Source: Mycobacterium leprae TN (GTDB taxonomy: Bacteria > Actinomycetota > Actinomycetes > Mycobacteriales > Mycobacteriaceae). Taken from it: a stretch of DNA of 32,000 bases. The stretch is taken from positions 2,040,001 through 2,072,000 of the forward strand of contig NC_002677.1 in assembly GCF_000195855.1 (NCBI RefSeq). The letters run 5' to 3'. Numbering within the stretch: the stretch's first letter is position 1; each line of letters starts with the position of its first letter. The notes under the pieces are model-generated. The model had not been told where the DNA came from and made no database searches. It worked only from the letters and a program-made list of their open reading frames with translations. Positions 22,179-31,737 of this stretch are shown here, one piece after another. A program made the position numbers and the translations under genes.

Positions 22179-22921
22179 CTAGCCCCCAGTCGCACCGTGA
22201 ACTGACAGCGACGGGCCAGGGCCCGGCCAATCGATACCCGGCCGGCAACTGCAGAAATTCGACACGCATCTAGGCCAGCGTGCGACGCACGGTGGGCAAT
22301 CGGCAGATTGACCGCAACAACGTGTCGTCACCGACGAAGAGCGGGCACGGTCAATACACATCCCGTCGATGTGGTTATACGTCAGTGAAAGTGGCTGCAC
22401 TGGACAACCGGCATCGACCACGGCCTGCAACATTGCTGGATAGAAGAACCCACGCCATCAGTGCGATGGCGTGGAGAGGCCGCACCAGGTAGTGCCTTCA
22501 GGAAACACCACCACGGTTTGACAGGAGCACAGCCTACGGGCAAAGGTATCGACCACCTTAGGTAGACACCACAAACTGGACTACTCTATACGGGATACTA
22601 TTTCAGGGATGCGCGCCACGATCGCAATGGTGGGCACGCTGAACATATCAGCACGGGCGACGAAAGACCCCGGCAACGTAGAGCCGATAGCGAAGACATT
22701 CCAGCTAAAACATGTGGCTGCTGACCACCAGGACTCCGCACAGACTGCAAATCGGGCTTCCCGACACCGTGGTGATTCGGACGCCGAATCGGCGCAGCAT
22801 CAACCGGCAATAGGCGCGTTGCGTGTGCGTCCAACCCAGCAGCGTTTTATCCTTACACACACAGTTGATATCATACGATGTCCGCAACCGCCAAGCATGC
22901 TCACTTACTGCGGGAGTGCAT
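22179..22921 (-). pseudogene. PlsC-family (lysophospholipid/OlsA-like) acyltransferase pseudogene (Rv3026c-like)
   Basis: The minus strand reads LRRFGVRITTVSGSPICSLCGVLVVSSHMF*LE. This is the H-x4-D/E acyltransferase motif with TAG (22705-22707) where NH.SWLD has Trp. Further downstream, LQAVVDAGCPVQPLSLTY matches the A.AG.PV.PV...Y block (ORF 22179-22433). Multiple stops and frame changes lie in between. The boundaries are approximate. Confidence 0.55.
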
Positions 22922-22977
22922 TGTAAACTGTTCTATTGGGTTTCTATTGAGTCGCTGTGAGCAATAGTCGTACCAAA

Positions 22978-23830
22978 CTATCTGTGCGGCCGCCAAAACC
23001 AACAAGTCGCCGCAGTGTAGTGGTTATCAGCGTACCACTTGTCCATCAGCACGCAGACCCCACCGAACCGAAGTCCGGGTTGTACGCCGGCTCACCGCAG
23101 ACCCGTGCCCCCAGTCACAGGTAGCCACACATCAGCTGGCGGGTGGAATCACCGACCGTTGCGGCAGCGGAATATCGTCGATACCCCTACCCTCCACTTG
23201 CACTGGGCGCTACAGGTACACCTGATGCTGCGGCAAGGCAGTATGACGGTGCAACACAAAATCATGGACATCACGTAATCTGTCTACCTGGAGCAGGATC
23301 GCCACAGAAACCATCCCCATCGCCTGCGATCGGGACCGACGCACAGGCGGAGATGTAAAATTACATGCCATATCGATCCAGATAGGCCAGAATGCCCGCC
23401 CACATCAGCAGCACCACATTACCGTTGCGGTGACTTTCTCAACATCCACGGCGCAGCCCATCTAGACCAACGACGACCGCAACGGATCGAATGAACGAAT
23501 ATCGAATTCCGTTGAGGTATAAAGGCCTCTTGCCGCAATGGCACCCTCCGGCGACAACATTCGGCAACAACCCACCAACTCGCCGGTGCGGTCGCCACGC
23601 ACCAGCGGGTGATCACAAAACTAGATCGAACAGTTCGACATCCAGGTGCTCACCACCTTGCTCCGAGTTCGCCGGCAGCAAGGCGAAGCCGGGAGTACTG
23701 TTCAACACATCGAAGCAGAACCACTATACGCAGCTCCAACGAGGATGGGTTCGGTGGACAGCAACAGAGAATAACGCGACCCGATAGACGAACTTGTCGC
23801 CGTGCCATGGGGCTTCTCGCTGAGTATCTG
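22978..23830 (-). pseudogene. OlsB-like GNAT N-acyltransferase pseudogene (Rv3027c-like)
   Basis: The minus strand reads GEHLDVELFDLVL*, then after a frameshift DHPLVRGDRTGELVGCCRMLSPEGAIAARGLYTSTEFDIRSFDPLRSSLV*MGCAV, with an in-frame TAG at 23462-23464. It continues with VRDVHDFVLHRHTALP and the C-terminal MCGYL*LGARVCGEPAYNPDFG, where TGA replaces the Arg of the GYLRLGA motif. The boundaries are approximate. Confidence 0.65.
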
Positions 23831-24074
23831 TCAGGACAAAAGCAATGCTCATACCAACAACATGACTATAAGTCATGAGCTAATCGACATCGATCCTGTG
23901 ATGTAACATTGCACGCCAAATAACGACAATGTCGTGAAAAAATGTCACCTCGTACCGCACCAATAGGCGATTTTCGAATGCAGTATCACATGCGATAATG
24001 TATTCACGGATCGTGCGATGGTTCCCCTGGCGCACATGTGGCGGATGCACACCACGACGGGCCCGCGCGAAAAC

Positions 24075-25031
24075 CTAGCCCTTACGAGCCTTGATCCCGT
24101 CGGTCAGCTGTGGCGCCACCTTAAACAAGTCACCGACGACACCGAAGTCCGCGATCTCGAAGATCGGTGCTTCCTCGTCCTTGTTGACCGCAACGATGGT
24201 CTTCGAGGTCTGCATGCCCGCGCGGTGCTGGATAGCCCCGGAGATACCCAGCGCGATGTAGAGCTGGGGCGACACCGTCTTACCAGTCTGGCCTATTTGG
24301 AACTGGCCCGGGTAGTAGCCGGAATCCACAGCGGCACGCGATGCTCCAACCGCGGCGCCCAGCGAGTCGGCCAGCGCCTCGACCACGCTGAAGTTATCCG
24401 CACTGCCAACACCACGGCCGCCGGACACCACGACGGTGGCCTCGGTCAAGTCTGGGCGGTTGTCGACAACCGCGGGCGCACGGGCGGTGATCTTGGTGGC
24501 GTTCTCGGCAGGAGCCGGCACTTCCACGCTGACCTGCTCGCCCGCCCCCTCGGCTGGCTGCGCCTCAACGGCCCCAGCCCGTACTGTGATCACCGGAGTG
24601 TCACCGTTGGCCTGCGCCTCTACAATAAACACACCACCGAAAACGCTATGGACACCCACCGCTCCTTCTCGAACGTCCACGACATCGACCAACAGACCGG
24701 ACCCGATCCGGGCCGCCAGCCGGCCGCCGATCTCCTTGCCATCGGCGGTGGCGGCCAGCAACACAGCGGCCGGAGCCGATGACTCGGCCAACGCGGCCAG
24801 CACATCGACTACCGGCGTGATCAAGTATTTGTCGGCGGCGTCGGACTCGGCGACGTAGATTTTGGCAGCGCCAGCCGTCTTCAACCCGTCAACCAGCGGC
24901 GCCGACGTTCCCGGTGTACCGACCACGACGGCAGCCGGCTCGCCCAGCACGCGGGCGGCGGTGATCAATTCAGCGCTGACCTTTTTCAGCGCGCCTTCAG
25001 TGTGTTCGACAAGCACCAGTGCTTCAGCCAT
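24075..25031 (-). CDS. etfA: Electron transfer flavoprotein alpha subunit
   Basis: The 318-aa ORF contains a C-terminal FAD-binding block [11 protein letters not shown]...[17 protein letters not shown]. It has an ATG start and lies immediately downstream of etfB. Confidence 0.95.
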   Translation of the reverse strand: MAEALVLVEHTEGALKKVSAELITAARVLGEPAAVVVGTPGTSAPLVDGLKTAGAAKIYVAESDAADKYLITPVVDVLAALAESSAPAAVLLAATADGKEIGGRLAARIGSGLLVDVVDVREGAVGVHSVFGGVFIVEAQANGDTPVITVRAGAVEAQPAEGAGEQVSVEVPAPAENATKITARAPAVVDNRPDLTEATVVVSGGRGVGSADNFSVVEALADSLGAAVGASRAAVDSGYYPGQFQIGQTGKTVSPQLYIALGISGAIQHRAGMQTSKTIVAVNKDEEAPIFEIADFGVVGDLFKVAPQLTDGIKARKG

Positions 25032-25079
25032 GGATGATATCGCTCTTCTCGTCTCGGGGATTGGTTTGTAGCGTTCGGC

Positions 25080-25880
25080 TTAGATGATCTTCTGAGCAAC
25101 CAGGTACTGCACGATCTGGTTACCGCCATCGCCTTCATCGGTGATCTTCTCGCCCGCGGTTTTGGCCGGCTTGGGCGTCGACACCAACACCTTCGACCCG
25201 GCGTTGGCCAGCCCGACCTCATCGACCTCGACACCGATCTCGGCCAACGTCAACACCGTGACTTCTTTTTTCTTAGCGGCCATAATGCCTTTAAAGGAGG
25301 GGAAGCGTGGCTCGTTGATTTTCTCGTTCACACTGACCACTGCAGGCAGTACGGCCTCGAGGGTAAACACTCCCTCGTCCGTTTCGCGTTCACCGGTGAT
25401 TTTGCCTCCCTCAACCGAGATTGTGCGCAAGTGGGTGAGCTGCGGCAGGCCCAGGTACTCGGCGATGATCGCCGGAACCACGCCGCCGACGCCATCGGTG
25501 GATTCGTTGCCGGCGATGACCAGTTCGGTGCCTTCGATGGTGCCCAACGCGCGTGCCAGGGCCCACCCAGTCTGGATGACATCCGAGCCGTGCATACCGT
25601 CGTCCTTAAGGTGGACGGCCTTATCAGCGCCCATCGACAGGGCCTTGCGAATCGCCTCGGTGGCGCGCTCTGGTCCCGCGGTTAACACAGTGACCGACCC
25701 CTTGATGCCGTCGACGGCCTCTTTCTCACGGATTTGCAGCGCCTCTTCTACGGCGCGCTCGTTGATCTCGTCTAGCACCGCGTCGGCGGCCTCGCGATCC
25801 AAGGTGAAATCGCCGTCAGTCAGCTTGCGCTCCGACCAGGTGTCTGGAACCTGCTTAATCAGGACCACAATGTTCGTCAT
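25080..25880 (-). CDS. etfB: Electron transfer flavoprotein beta subunit
   Basis: The 266-aa ORF opens MTNIVVLIKQVPDTWSERKL and contains LVIAGNESTDGVGGVVPA. GAGGAGG lies 13 nt upstream of the ATG. Confidence 0.95.
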   Translation of the reverse strand: MTNIVVLIKQVPDTWSERKLTDGDFTLDREAADAVLDEINERAVEEALQIREKEAVDGIKGSVTVLTAGPERATEAIRKALSMGADKAVHLKDDGMHGSDVIQTGWALARALGTIEGTELVIAGNESTDGVGGVVPAIIAEYLGLPQLTHLRTISVEGGKITGERETDEGVFTLEAVLPAVVSVNEKINEPRFPSFKGIMAAKKKEVTVLTLAEIGVEVDEVGLANAGSKVLVSTPKPAKTAGEKITDEGDGGNQIVQYLVAQKII

Positions 25881-26107
25881 AGGTGTGGTTAGTCCTCCTC
25901 GAAGGCGTCCCGCAGTCCTCGACTGCAGGACCTAGGTCACACGTTTCGCAACCATACAGCCCTGTTACTGTTCGGTAACTTCATACGGTATGCCCTCACA
26001 CCATAGCGGGTCGCATCTGCGCAATTGCCTGCTGTTCCTCACCGCCGTTAGCACAGAAGGCTCTAGCGGTTCGCGAATCTGGCGGTTCGGGTTAGCCTGC
26101 CTTAACA

Positions 26108-26950
26108 ATGAGCGCATTCGTCCCCGACGTTCCCAACCGCATACCCGACGACCCCTCGTCAATCGACTCCACCGCATTCCACGGCATGCTGACGCTGACA
26201 GGTGAACGCACCATCCCCGATCTGGATATCGAAAACTACTGGTTCCGCCGCCATCAGGTGGTTTACCAGTGGCTGGCGCAGCGCTGCACCGGCTGTGAGG
26301 TTCTCGAGGCCGGCTGCGGCGAGGGCTACGGAGCCGATCTGATCGTCGACGTTGCCTACCGGGTCATTGCGGTGGACTACGACGAGGCCACAGTGGCCCA
26401 TGTCCGTAGCCGTTACCCGAGAGTCCAGGTTATGCAAGCAAACCTGATTGAGTTGCCGCTGGCCGACGCTTCGGTGGACGTCGTGGTGAACTTCCAAGTA
26501 ATCGAACATCTGTGGAATCAGGCCCAGTTCGTCAGCGAGTGCGCCCGAGTGCTGCGTCCCTCGGGGTTACTGATGGTGTCCACCCCAAACCGAATCACCT
26601 TTTCACCGGGGCGTGACACATCGATCAACCCGTTTCACACCCGTGAGCTGAACGCCGACGAGTTGACCCAATTGCTTATCACCGCAGATTTTTCCGAGGT
26701 AGCCATGTACGGATTGTTTCATGGACCGCGCCTGAAGGAAATGGATGCCCGCCACGGCGGCTCCATCATCGACGCGCAAATCGCACGTGCGGTGAGCAAC
26801 GCACCATGGCCGCCCGAACTGGTGGCAGACGTCGCCGCGGTTACCGCTGCCGACTTTGACATCATCGAGGCATCAGCGGGCCCAGAGGCCAGCGATGGTA
26901 GGGACGTCGATGAAAGTCTGGATCTAATCGCGATCGCAGTGCGCCGATGA
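26108..26950 (+). CDS. Class I SAM-dependent methyltransferase (Rv3030-like, MGLP cluster)
   Basis: The 280-aa ORF has the SAM motif I VLEAGCGEGYGA, post-I VIAVDYD and motif LRPSGLLMVSTPN. Its stop overlaps the next gene's start (ATGA at 26947-26950). Confidence 0.88.
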   Translation: MSAFVPDVPNRIPDDPSSIDSTAFHGMLTLTGERTIPDLDIENYWFRRHQVVYQWLAQRCTGCEVLEAGCGEGYGADLIVDVAYRVIAVDYDEATVAHVRSRYPRVQVMQANLIELPLADASVDVVVNFQVIEHLWNQAQFVSECARVLRPSGLLMVSTPNRITFSPGRDTSINPFHTRELNADELTQLLITADFSEVAMYGLFHGPRLKEMDARHGGSIIDAQIARAVSNAPWPPELVADVAAVTAADFDIIEASAGPEASDGRDVDESLDLIAIAVRR

Positions 26951-28515
26951 ACACATCCGCAAACCCAGTGCCCGGTCTGTTCACCCTGGTGCTACACACC
27001 CACTTGCCGTGGCTAGCCCACCACGGCCGCTGGCCGGTCGGTGAGGAATGGCTCTACCAATCGTGGGCCGCGGCCTACCTGCCGCTGCTGCAGGTGCTTC
27101 ACACCCTAGCCGATGAAAATCGGCACCGGCTGATTACACTCGGGGTTACGCCGGTGGTGAACGCTCAACTCGACGACCCCTATTGTCTCGACGGTATGCA
27201 TCACTGGCTGGCGAACTGGCGACTGCGCGCGACTGAAGCGGCCAGCGTGCGGTCCGGTTCGGAGTCGAAGCCGGCGTGCGCACCGCAAGCATTGCGGGCC
27301 TTCGGAGCTCGCGAATGCATCGAGGCCCAGCGGGCACTCGAGTATTTCGCTACTCTGTGGCGTCACGGCGGCAGCCCGCTACTGCGCAGCCTAATCGACG
27401 CCGGGACGGTCGAACTGCTTGGCGGCCCGTTGGCCCACCCATTCCAACCGCTTATCGCGCCGCGGCTGCGCGAGTTCGCGCTACACGAAGGCCTGGATGA
27501 CGCGTGGCTGCGGCTGGCGCACCGGCCAACCGGCATATGGGCGCCGGAATGCGCCTACGCCCCAGGGATGGAACACGACTACTCGGCCGCGGGCATCACT
27601 CACTTCATGGTCGACGGTCCGTCACTGCACGGCGACACCGCACTGGGCCGACCAGTTGGCGACACCGCCGTGGTCGCGTTCGGGCGTGACTTGCAGGTCA
27701 GCTACCGGGTGTGGTCGCCGAAATCTGGCTATCCGGGACATGCCGCCTACCGCGATTTCCACACCTACGACCACCTCACCGGTCTCAAACCGGCCAGAGT
27801 CACCGGGTGCAACGTGCCGTCTGAGGCCAAGGCGCCCTACGATCCCGACCACGCCGACAAAGTCGTCGACGCCCATGTAGACGACTTTGTCGGCGTGGTC
27901 CGCAACCGGCTCTTCACCGAGTCCGAGCGCATCGGGCGGCCCGCTCACGTGGTCGCCGCCTTCGATACTGAGTTGTTCGGCCATTGGTGGTACGAGGGGC
28001 CGATCTGGCTGCAGCGGGTGCTGCGCGCCTTGCCCACCGCCGGGGTGCGAGTGGGCACACTTAGCGACGCCCTAGCGGGCGGGTTCGTCGGCAATACAGT
28101 TACGTTGCCACCCAGCTCGTGGGGGTCCGGTAAGGACTGGCAAGTGTGGGCCGGCGACAAAGTCGCTGATCTGGTTCAGCTCAACAATGAGGTAGTCGAC
28201 ACAGCGCTGACCACAGTCGATAAAGTGCTAGCACAGACGACATCACTGGATGGACTTCTCCCTCGCAATCACGTCGCCGACCAACTCCTGCGCGAAACGC
28301 TGCTCACCGTATCAAGTGACTGGCCATTCATGGTGAGCAAGGATTCAGCCGCCGACTACGCCAGGTACCGTGCCCACCTGCATGCCCACGCCACACGGGA
28401 GATCGCGGGAGCGCTGGCATCGGGCCGACGTGACACCGCGGCGCAACTGGCGGACGGATGGAACCGCGCCGACGGTCTGTTCGGCGCACTGGACGCCCGA
28501 AGGCTGCCCCGGTGA
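26947..28515 (+). CDS. Glycoside hydrolase family 57 protein (Rv3031-like, putative alpha-glucan branching enzyme of MGLP synthesis)
   Basis: The 522-aa ORF opens with a GH57-type N-terminus, FTLVLHTHLPWLAHHGRWPVGEEWLYQSWAAAYLPLL. It also contains WAPECAY and FDTELFGHWWYEGP blocks. Confidence 0.85.
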   Translation: MNTSANPVPGLFTLVLHTHLPWLAHHGRWPVGEEWLYQSWAAAYLPLLQVLHTLADENRHRLITLGVTPVVNAQLDDPYCLDGMHHWLANWRLRATEAASVRSGSESKPACAPQALRAFGARECIEAQRALEYFATLWRHGGSPLLRSLIDAGTVELLGGPLAHPFQPLIAPRLREFALHEGLDDAWLRLAHRPTGIWAPECAYAPGMEHDYSAAGITHFMVDGPSLHGDTALGRPVGDTAVVAFGRDLQVSYRVWSPKSGYPGHAAYRDFHTYDHLTGLKPARVTGCNVPSEAKAPYDPDHADKVVDAHVDDFVGVVRNRLFTESERIGRPAHVVAAFDTELFGHWWYEGPIWLQRVLRALPTAGVRVGTLSDALAGGFVGNTVTLPPSSWGSGKDWQVWAGDKVADLVQLNNEVVDTALTTVDKVLAQTTSLDGLLPRNHVADQLLRETLLTVSSDWPFMVSKDSAADYARYRAHLHAHATREIAGALASGRRDTAAQLADGWNRADGLFGALDARRLPR

Positions 28516-28612
28516 AAATCGGACTTCCCCGCGAGCGTGCGTGTTTATACAGCGACACGCCGTCGTGCGTGGCATTTTTGGGACGTTCGCGCCAGCGGAG
28601 GGGACAACGCTC

Positions 28613-29857
28613 ATGAAAATCCTGATAGTGTCCTGGGAATATCCGCCAGTGGTGATCGGCGGGCTCGGCCGTCACGTCCATCACCTATCGACTGCACTGG
28701 CCGCGGCCGGCCACGACGTGGTTGTCCTGTCTCGCCGCCCCTCGGGCACCGATCCCTGTACCCATCCGACCTCCGACGAGATCAGCGAAGGTGTGCGAGT
28801 GATCGCTGCCGCACAGGATCCACACGAGTTCACCTTCAGTAACGACATGATGGCTTGGACTCTGGCGATGGGCCATGCGATGATCCGCACCGGCCTGTCC
28901 CTAACCAGGCATAGCAGCGACCTCCCCTGGCGTCCCGATGTCGTACATGCGCACGACTGGCTGGTGGCACATCCAGCCATAACGCTCGCCCAATTCTATG
29001 ATGTTCCAATGGTTTCCACGATTCACGCGACAGAAGCAGGTCGGCATTCCGGCTGGGTATCTGGAGCACTCAGCCGTCAGGTACATGCCGTCGAGTCGTG
29101 GCTGGTACGTGAATCCGATTCGTTGATCACATGTTCGGCATCGATGTGCAACGAAATCATCGAATTGTTTGGTCCCGGTCTGGCCGAGATCACAGTGATC
29201 CGCAACGGTATTGACCCAGCACGCTGGCCGTTCGCAGCCCGCCGGGCGCGCACTGGACCGGCCGAACTACTCTACGTCGGGCGACTAGAATATGAGAAGG
29301 GTGTGCACGACGTCATTGCCGCGCTACCCCGGATAAGGCGCAGCTACCCTGGCACCACGTTGACCATCGCTGGAGAAGGAACCCAGCAGGATTGGCTCGT
29401 CGACCAAGCCCGTAAATACAAAGTAATCAAAGCCACCCGGTTCGTCGGGCACCTCAACCACAACGAACTGCTGGCGGCGCTGCAGCGGGCCGACGCCGCA
29501 GTGCTGCCGAGTCACTATGAGCCGTTCGGACTGGTCGCCCTAGAGGCCGCTGCAGCCGGCACTCCGCTGGTGACCTCAAACATAGGCGGCCTGGGCGAGG
29601 CGGTAATCAACGGGCAGACCGGGGTGTCGTGTCCGCCCCGCGATATCGCAGAACTGGCTGCGATGGTGTGCACAGTACTTGAGGATCCCGACGCCGCGCA
29701 ACAACGCGCGCTAGCTGCCCGAGAGCGTCTCACCTCCGATTTCGATTGGCAGACAGTAGCTCAGCAGACCGCGCAAGTGTACCTGGCGGCCAAGCGTCGC
29801 GAACGACAACCACAACCCAGGTTGCCCATCGTCGAACACGCATTACCGGATCGCTAG
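28613..29857 (+). CDS. GT4-family alpha-1,4-glucosyltransferase (Rv3032-like)
   Basis: The protein opens MKILIVSWEYPPVVIGGLGRHV and has C-terminal E-x7-E context (PSHYEPFGLVALEAAAAGTPLV). GGAGGGG lies about 10 nt upstream of ATG 28613 (414 aa). The 81-codon upstream extension in the ORF track overlaps the GH57 gene and was discarded. Confidence 0.9.
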   Translation: MKILIVSWEYPPVVIGGLGRHVHHLSTALAAAGHDVVVLSRRPSGTDPCTHPTSDEISEGVRVIAAAQDPHEFTFSNDMMAWTLAMGHAMIRTGLSLTRHSSDLPWRPDVVHAHDWLVAHPAITLAQFYDVPMVSTIHATEAGRHSGWVSGALSRQVHAVESWLVRESDSLITCSASMCNEIIELFGPGLAEITVIRNGIDPARWPFAARRARTGPAELLYVGRLEYEKGVHDVIAALPRIRRSYPGTTLTIAGEGTQQDWLVDQARKYKVIKATRFVGHLNHNELLAALQRADAAVLPSHYEPFGLVALEAAAAGTPLVTSNIGGLGEAVINGQTGVSCPPRDIAELAAMVCTVLEDPDAAQQRALAARERLTSDFDWQTVAQQTAQVYLAAKRRERQPQPRLPIVEHALPDR

Positions 29858-29898
29858 TCTATACCGCGTCAGAGCCGAAACAGCCGCACAACATCAGG

Positions 29899-30531
29899 AT
29901 GAAGTACTGCGCTCAGTTAGTATCCACCGGTGTTGGCAACCTAAATAACTCGTCCCCGCAACGTCGGCTACACGATCATGGCACTGCTGTTGGTATTGTG
30001 ACTAGTCCGGTCGTTCTTGCGTTCGTACCCTACCTGTACCGGTTCTCAGTACTACTCAGTCGACTACACGCTGGGCTTTATACGACGCGTACTCGCCGGC
30101 GAAACGCTGCATTTGTTTCCCGCCAAACACTACTGCACCGGCCTGTATATCTTTTATTGGCTTTCATCAACATTTTCATCGGAGGCTTGGTAGCGGCGGC
30201 AGTCAGGTTCAGCCATTCCAAACGCCGACTACTGCTGGCGCTGTTCATCACTGCGCTGCCATTTGGCTTCGCATTCACAGTGTTTTTCGCGCATCCTGAT
30301 CTTCTCACCGGGACAGCGCTAACCAGGTTCGCCGTGATACTTGCCTCCGCGAAGATCGACCGGTCAATCTTGTTCTCCAGTGCGACCCCTACCGTCACCG
30401 TCGCCGGTTCTAACATTAGCGCACAAAGCGATTCCTTTATTGTGTTCACTAGGTACCTTGCTGTCTATTGTGGCTCTCGCGGTGCACAGTTCGATCAACA
30501 TCCAGCGTCCTTAGCGCGCTGCCTACAGTAG
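29899..30531 (+). other. Candidate membrane-protein ORF or recently decayed gene fragment, unassigned
   Basis: The in-frame ATG at 29899 lies within ORF 29746-30531. The 30150-30400 part encodes hydrophobic stretches (VYLLLAFINIFIGGLVAAAV, LLLALFITALPFGFAFTVFFA, FAVILASA). By eye it shows G/C-enriched third codon positions in this frame. I recognise no homolog, and the N-terminal part looks non-coding. Confidence 0.25.
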
Positions 30532-31250
30532 CTCCCGGGCCGGCTATAACGGTAACCACAGCATTGCTCAGGAACCGTGGAATTTCGCCCAATTGTGTGC
30601 GCTAGTACCGCGCATGGTACCGTTGACTAATCGGCTGCGGGCAAGCTCTCCACGGGCCAAATTCCTAGTAGCCAACACTTTAAATACATTGTTCTCACGA
30701 CTGGGTGTGCTGAAAACAGCATCATAAATTTCGACCAGACGTTCAGCGACGCCACCAGAGTCGGCGCCGGGGTGCTCGCTTCGACCGCGTTCGGGATCAC
30801 CCTCTTGACAGGACTGTCTTGACCATCAACAACGCGGCCGGCATTCCTTTCCGGCGTTTCTGCAATCTGCCATGCCAGCGGCTCTGGTTGGGTGACGTTC
30901 GCAGCGATGCTCATGCTGACGGTTTTTGCAACCTCAGTCGACTGAGTCCGGCAATAGGTCACCATCTCGTTCGACGCTGGGTACGTGTACTTGCTCTACG
31001 CGAGTAATCAGCCCGAAGCCACTCAAGAGCCGACCCGACGCACCTGCATCGTGTTCGCACTCAGGGTTATTTTGTTGGCCCTGTTCCCAGTCGGGGCCAT
31101 CCCAGGACTCGGGGTCCCACTACCGGTGTGATCATTAAGACGAAGCCGGCGTACAGATAGCGGCTTCGGGTTCAATTTCATCGAATTCTGCTAAGATTTA
31201 AAAGTTTTAACAAAAAATAGCCTGATCAAGAAAGATTGGAATTATTGCCA

Positions 31251-31688
31251 ATGAAGCCGCAGCACCGGGGTCATTATTTTCCCTATCGCTACGGCCAGAT
31301 GCTCGCACCAATGTGGTTACCATTTTGGCGACCCAGCAACCAGAGCGTGACACTAACCGACAACGGTCAATTCGTCGTCCGCTACGGACCATTTCGTGTC
31401 GAGACCCCACCATCCGGTATTCGCGACGTCCATGTCACCGCCCCCTACCGTATAGTAGACCAACCGTGGGCCCCGATTGTCGTTCATCGATGACGGACTG
31501 ACCTCCGGTACCAACGCACACGCCGGTGTTTGCATACACTTTAAGCCAGGATCCACCGCGTCCTGGAGCTGCACAACCACTCGACGTTGACGGTGATCGT
31601 CGCGGACACCGAAGGCCTGGTCAACGAGCTCAAGGGAGTTACGCAAAGCAGGCGCCGGGTCAAGGCTGATCGCTACGACACCTGCTAA
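31251..31688 (+). pseudogene. Frameshifted conserved hypothetical protein
   Basis: Frame 0 reads MKPQHRGHYFPYRYGQMLAPMWLPFWRPSNQSVTLTDNGQFVVRYGPFRVETPPSGIRDVHVTAPYR.. and stops at 31491-31493. A coding-like sequence continues in frame +1 (FIDDGLTSGTNAHAGVCIHFKPGS). It then returns to frame 0 (HSTLTVIVADTEGLVNELKG), with a stop at 31686-31688. The family assignment rests only on a vague recollection of similar actinobacterial proteins. Confidence 0.4.
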
Positions 31689-31737
31689 ACGACCTCACTA
31701 GTCGAGCACATCGACACTAAGCGGTATACCGCACAAC

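Noticed and set aside
25141-25935. A 264-aa + strand ORF, with similar long ORFs at 17891-18700 (+), 20800-21525 (+), 21177-22010 (+), 3721-4497 (+), 8479-9171 (-), 12130-12846 (+), 10136-10636 (+), 15210-15731 (-) and 24018-24782 (+)
   Set aside because: All lie antisense to, or out of frame within, well-supported conserved genes (etfB, the MetE-like gene, mnmA/iscS, ilvN, lppZ, pfkA, gatB, the ACT protein, etfA). They have Ser/Pro/Arg/Thr/Ala-rich low-complexity translations typical of shadow ORFs in G/C-rich DNA.
25900-25985. Small palindromes in the etfB / methyltransferase divergent region (GCAGTC-CTC-GACTGC; GTTAC-N6-GTAAC) as possible operators
   Set aside because: The stems are only 5-6 bp, with no repetition or supporting context. 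Structures like this are expected by chance in 230 bp of intergenic DNA.
28370-28612. An 81-codon N-terminal extension of the GT4 glucosyltransferase ORF
   Set aside because: It overlaps the GH57 gene's 3' end, has an Arg/Pro-rich nonsense-like translation, and the conserved MKILIVSWEYPP N-terminus with a good SD begins at 28613.
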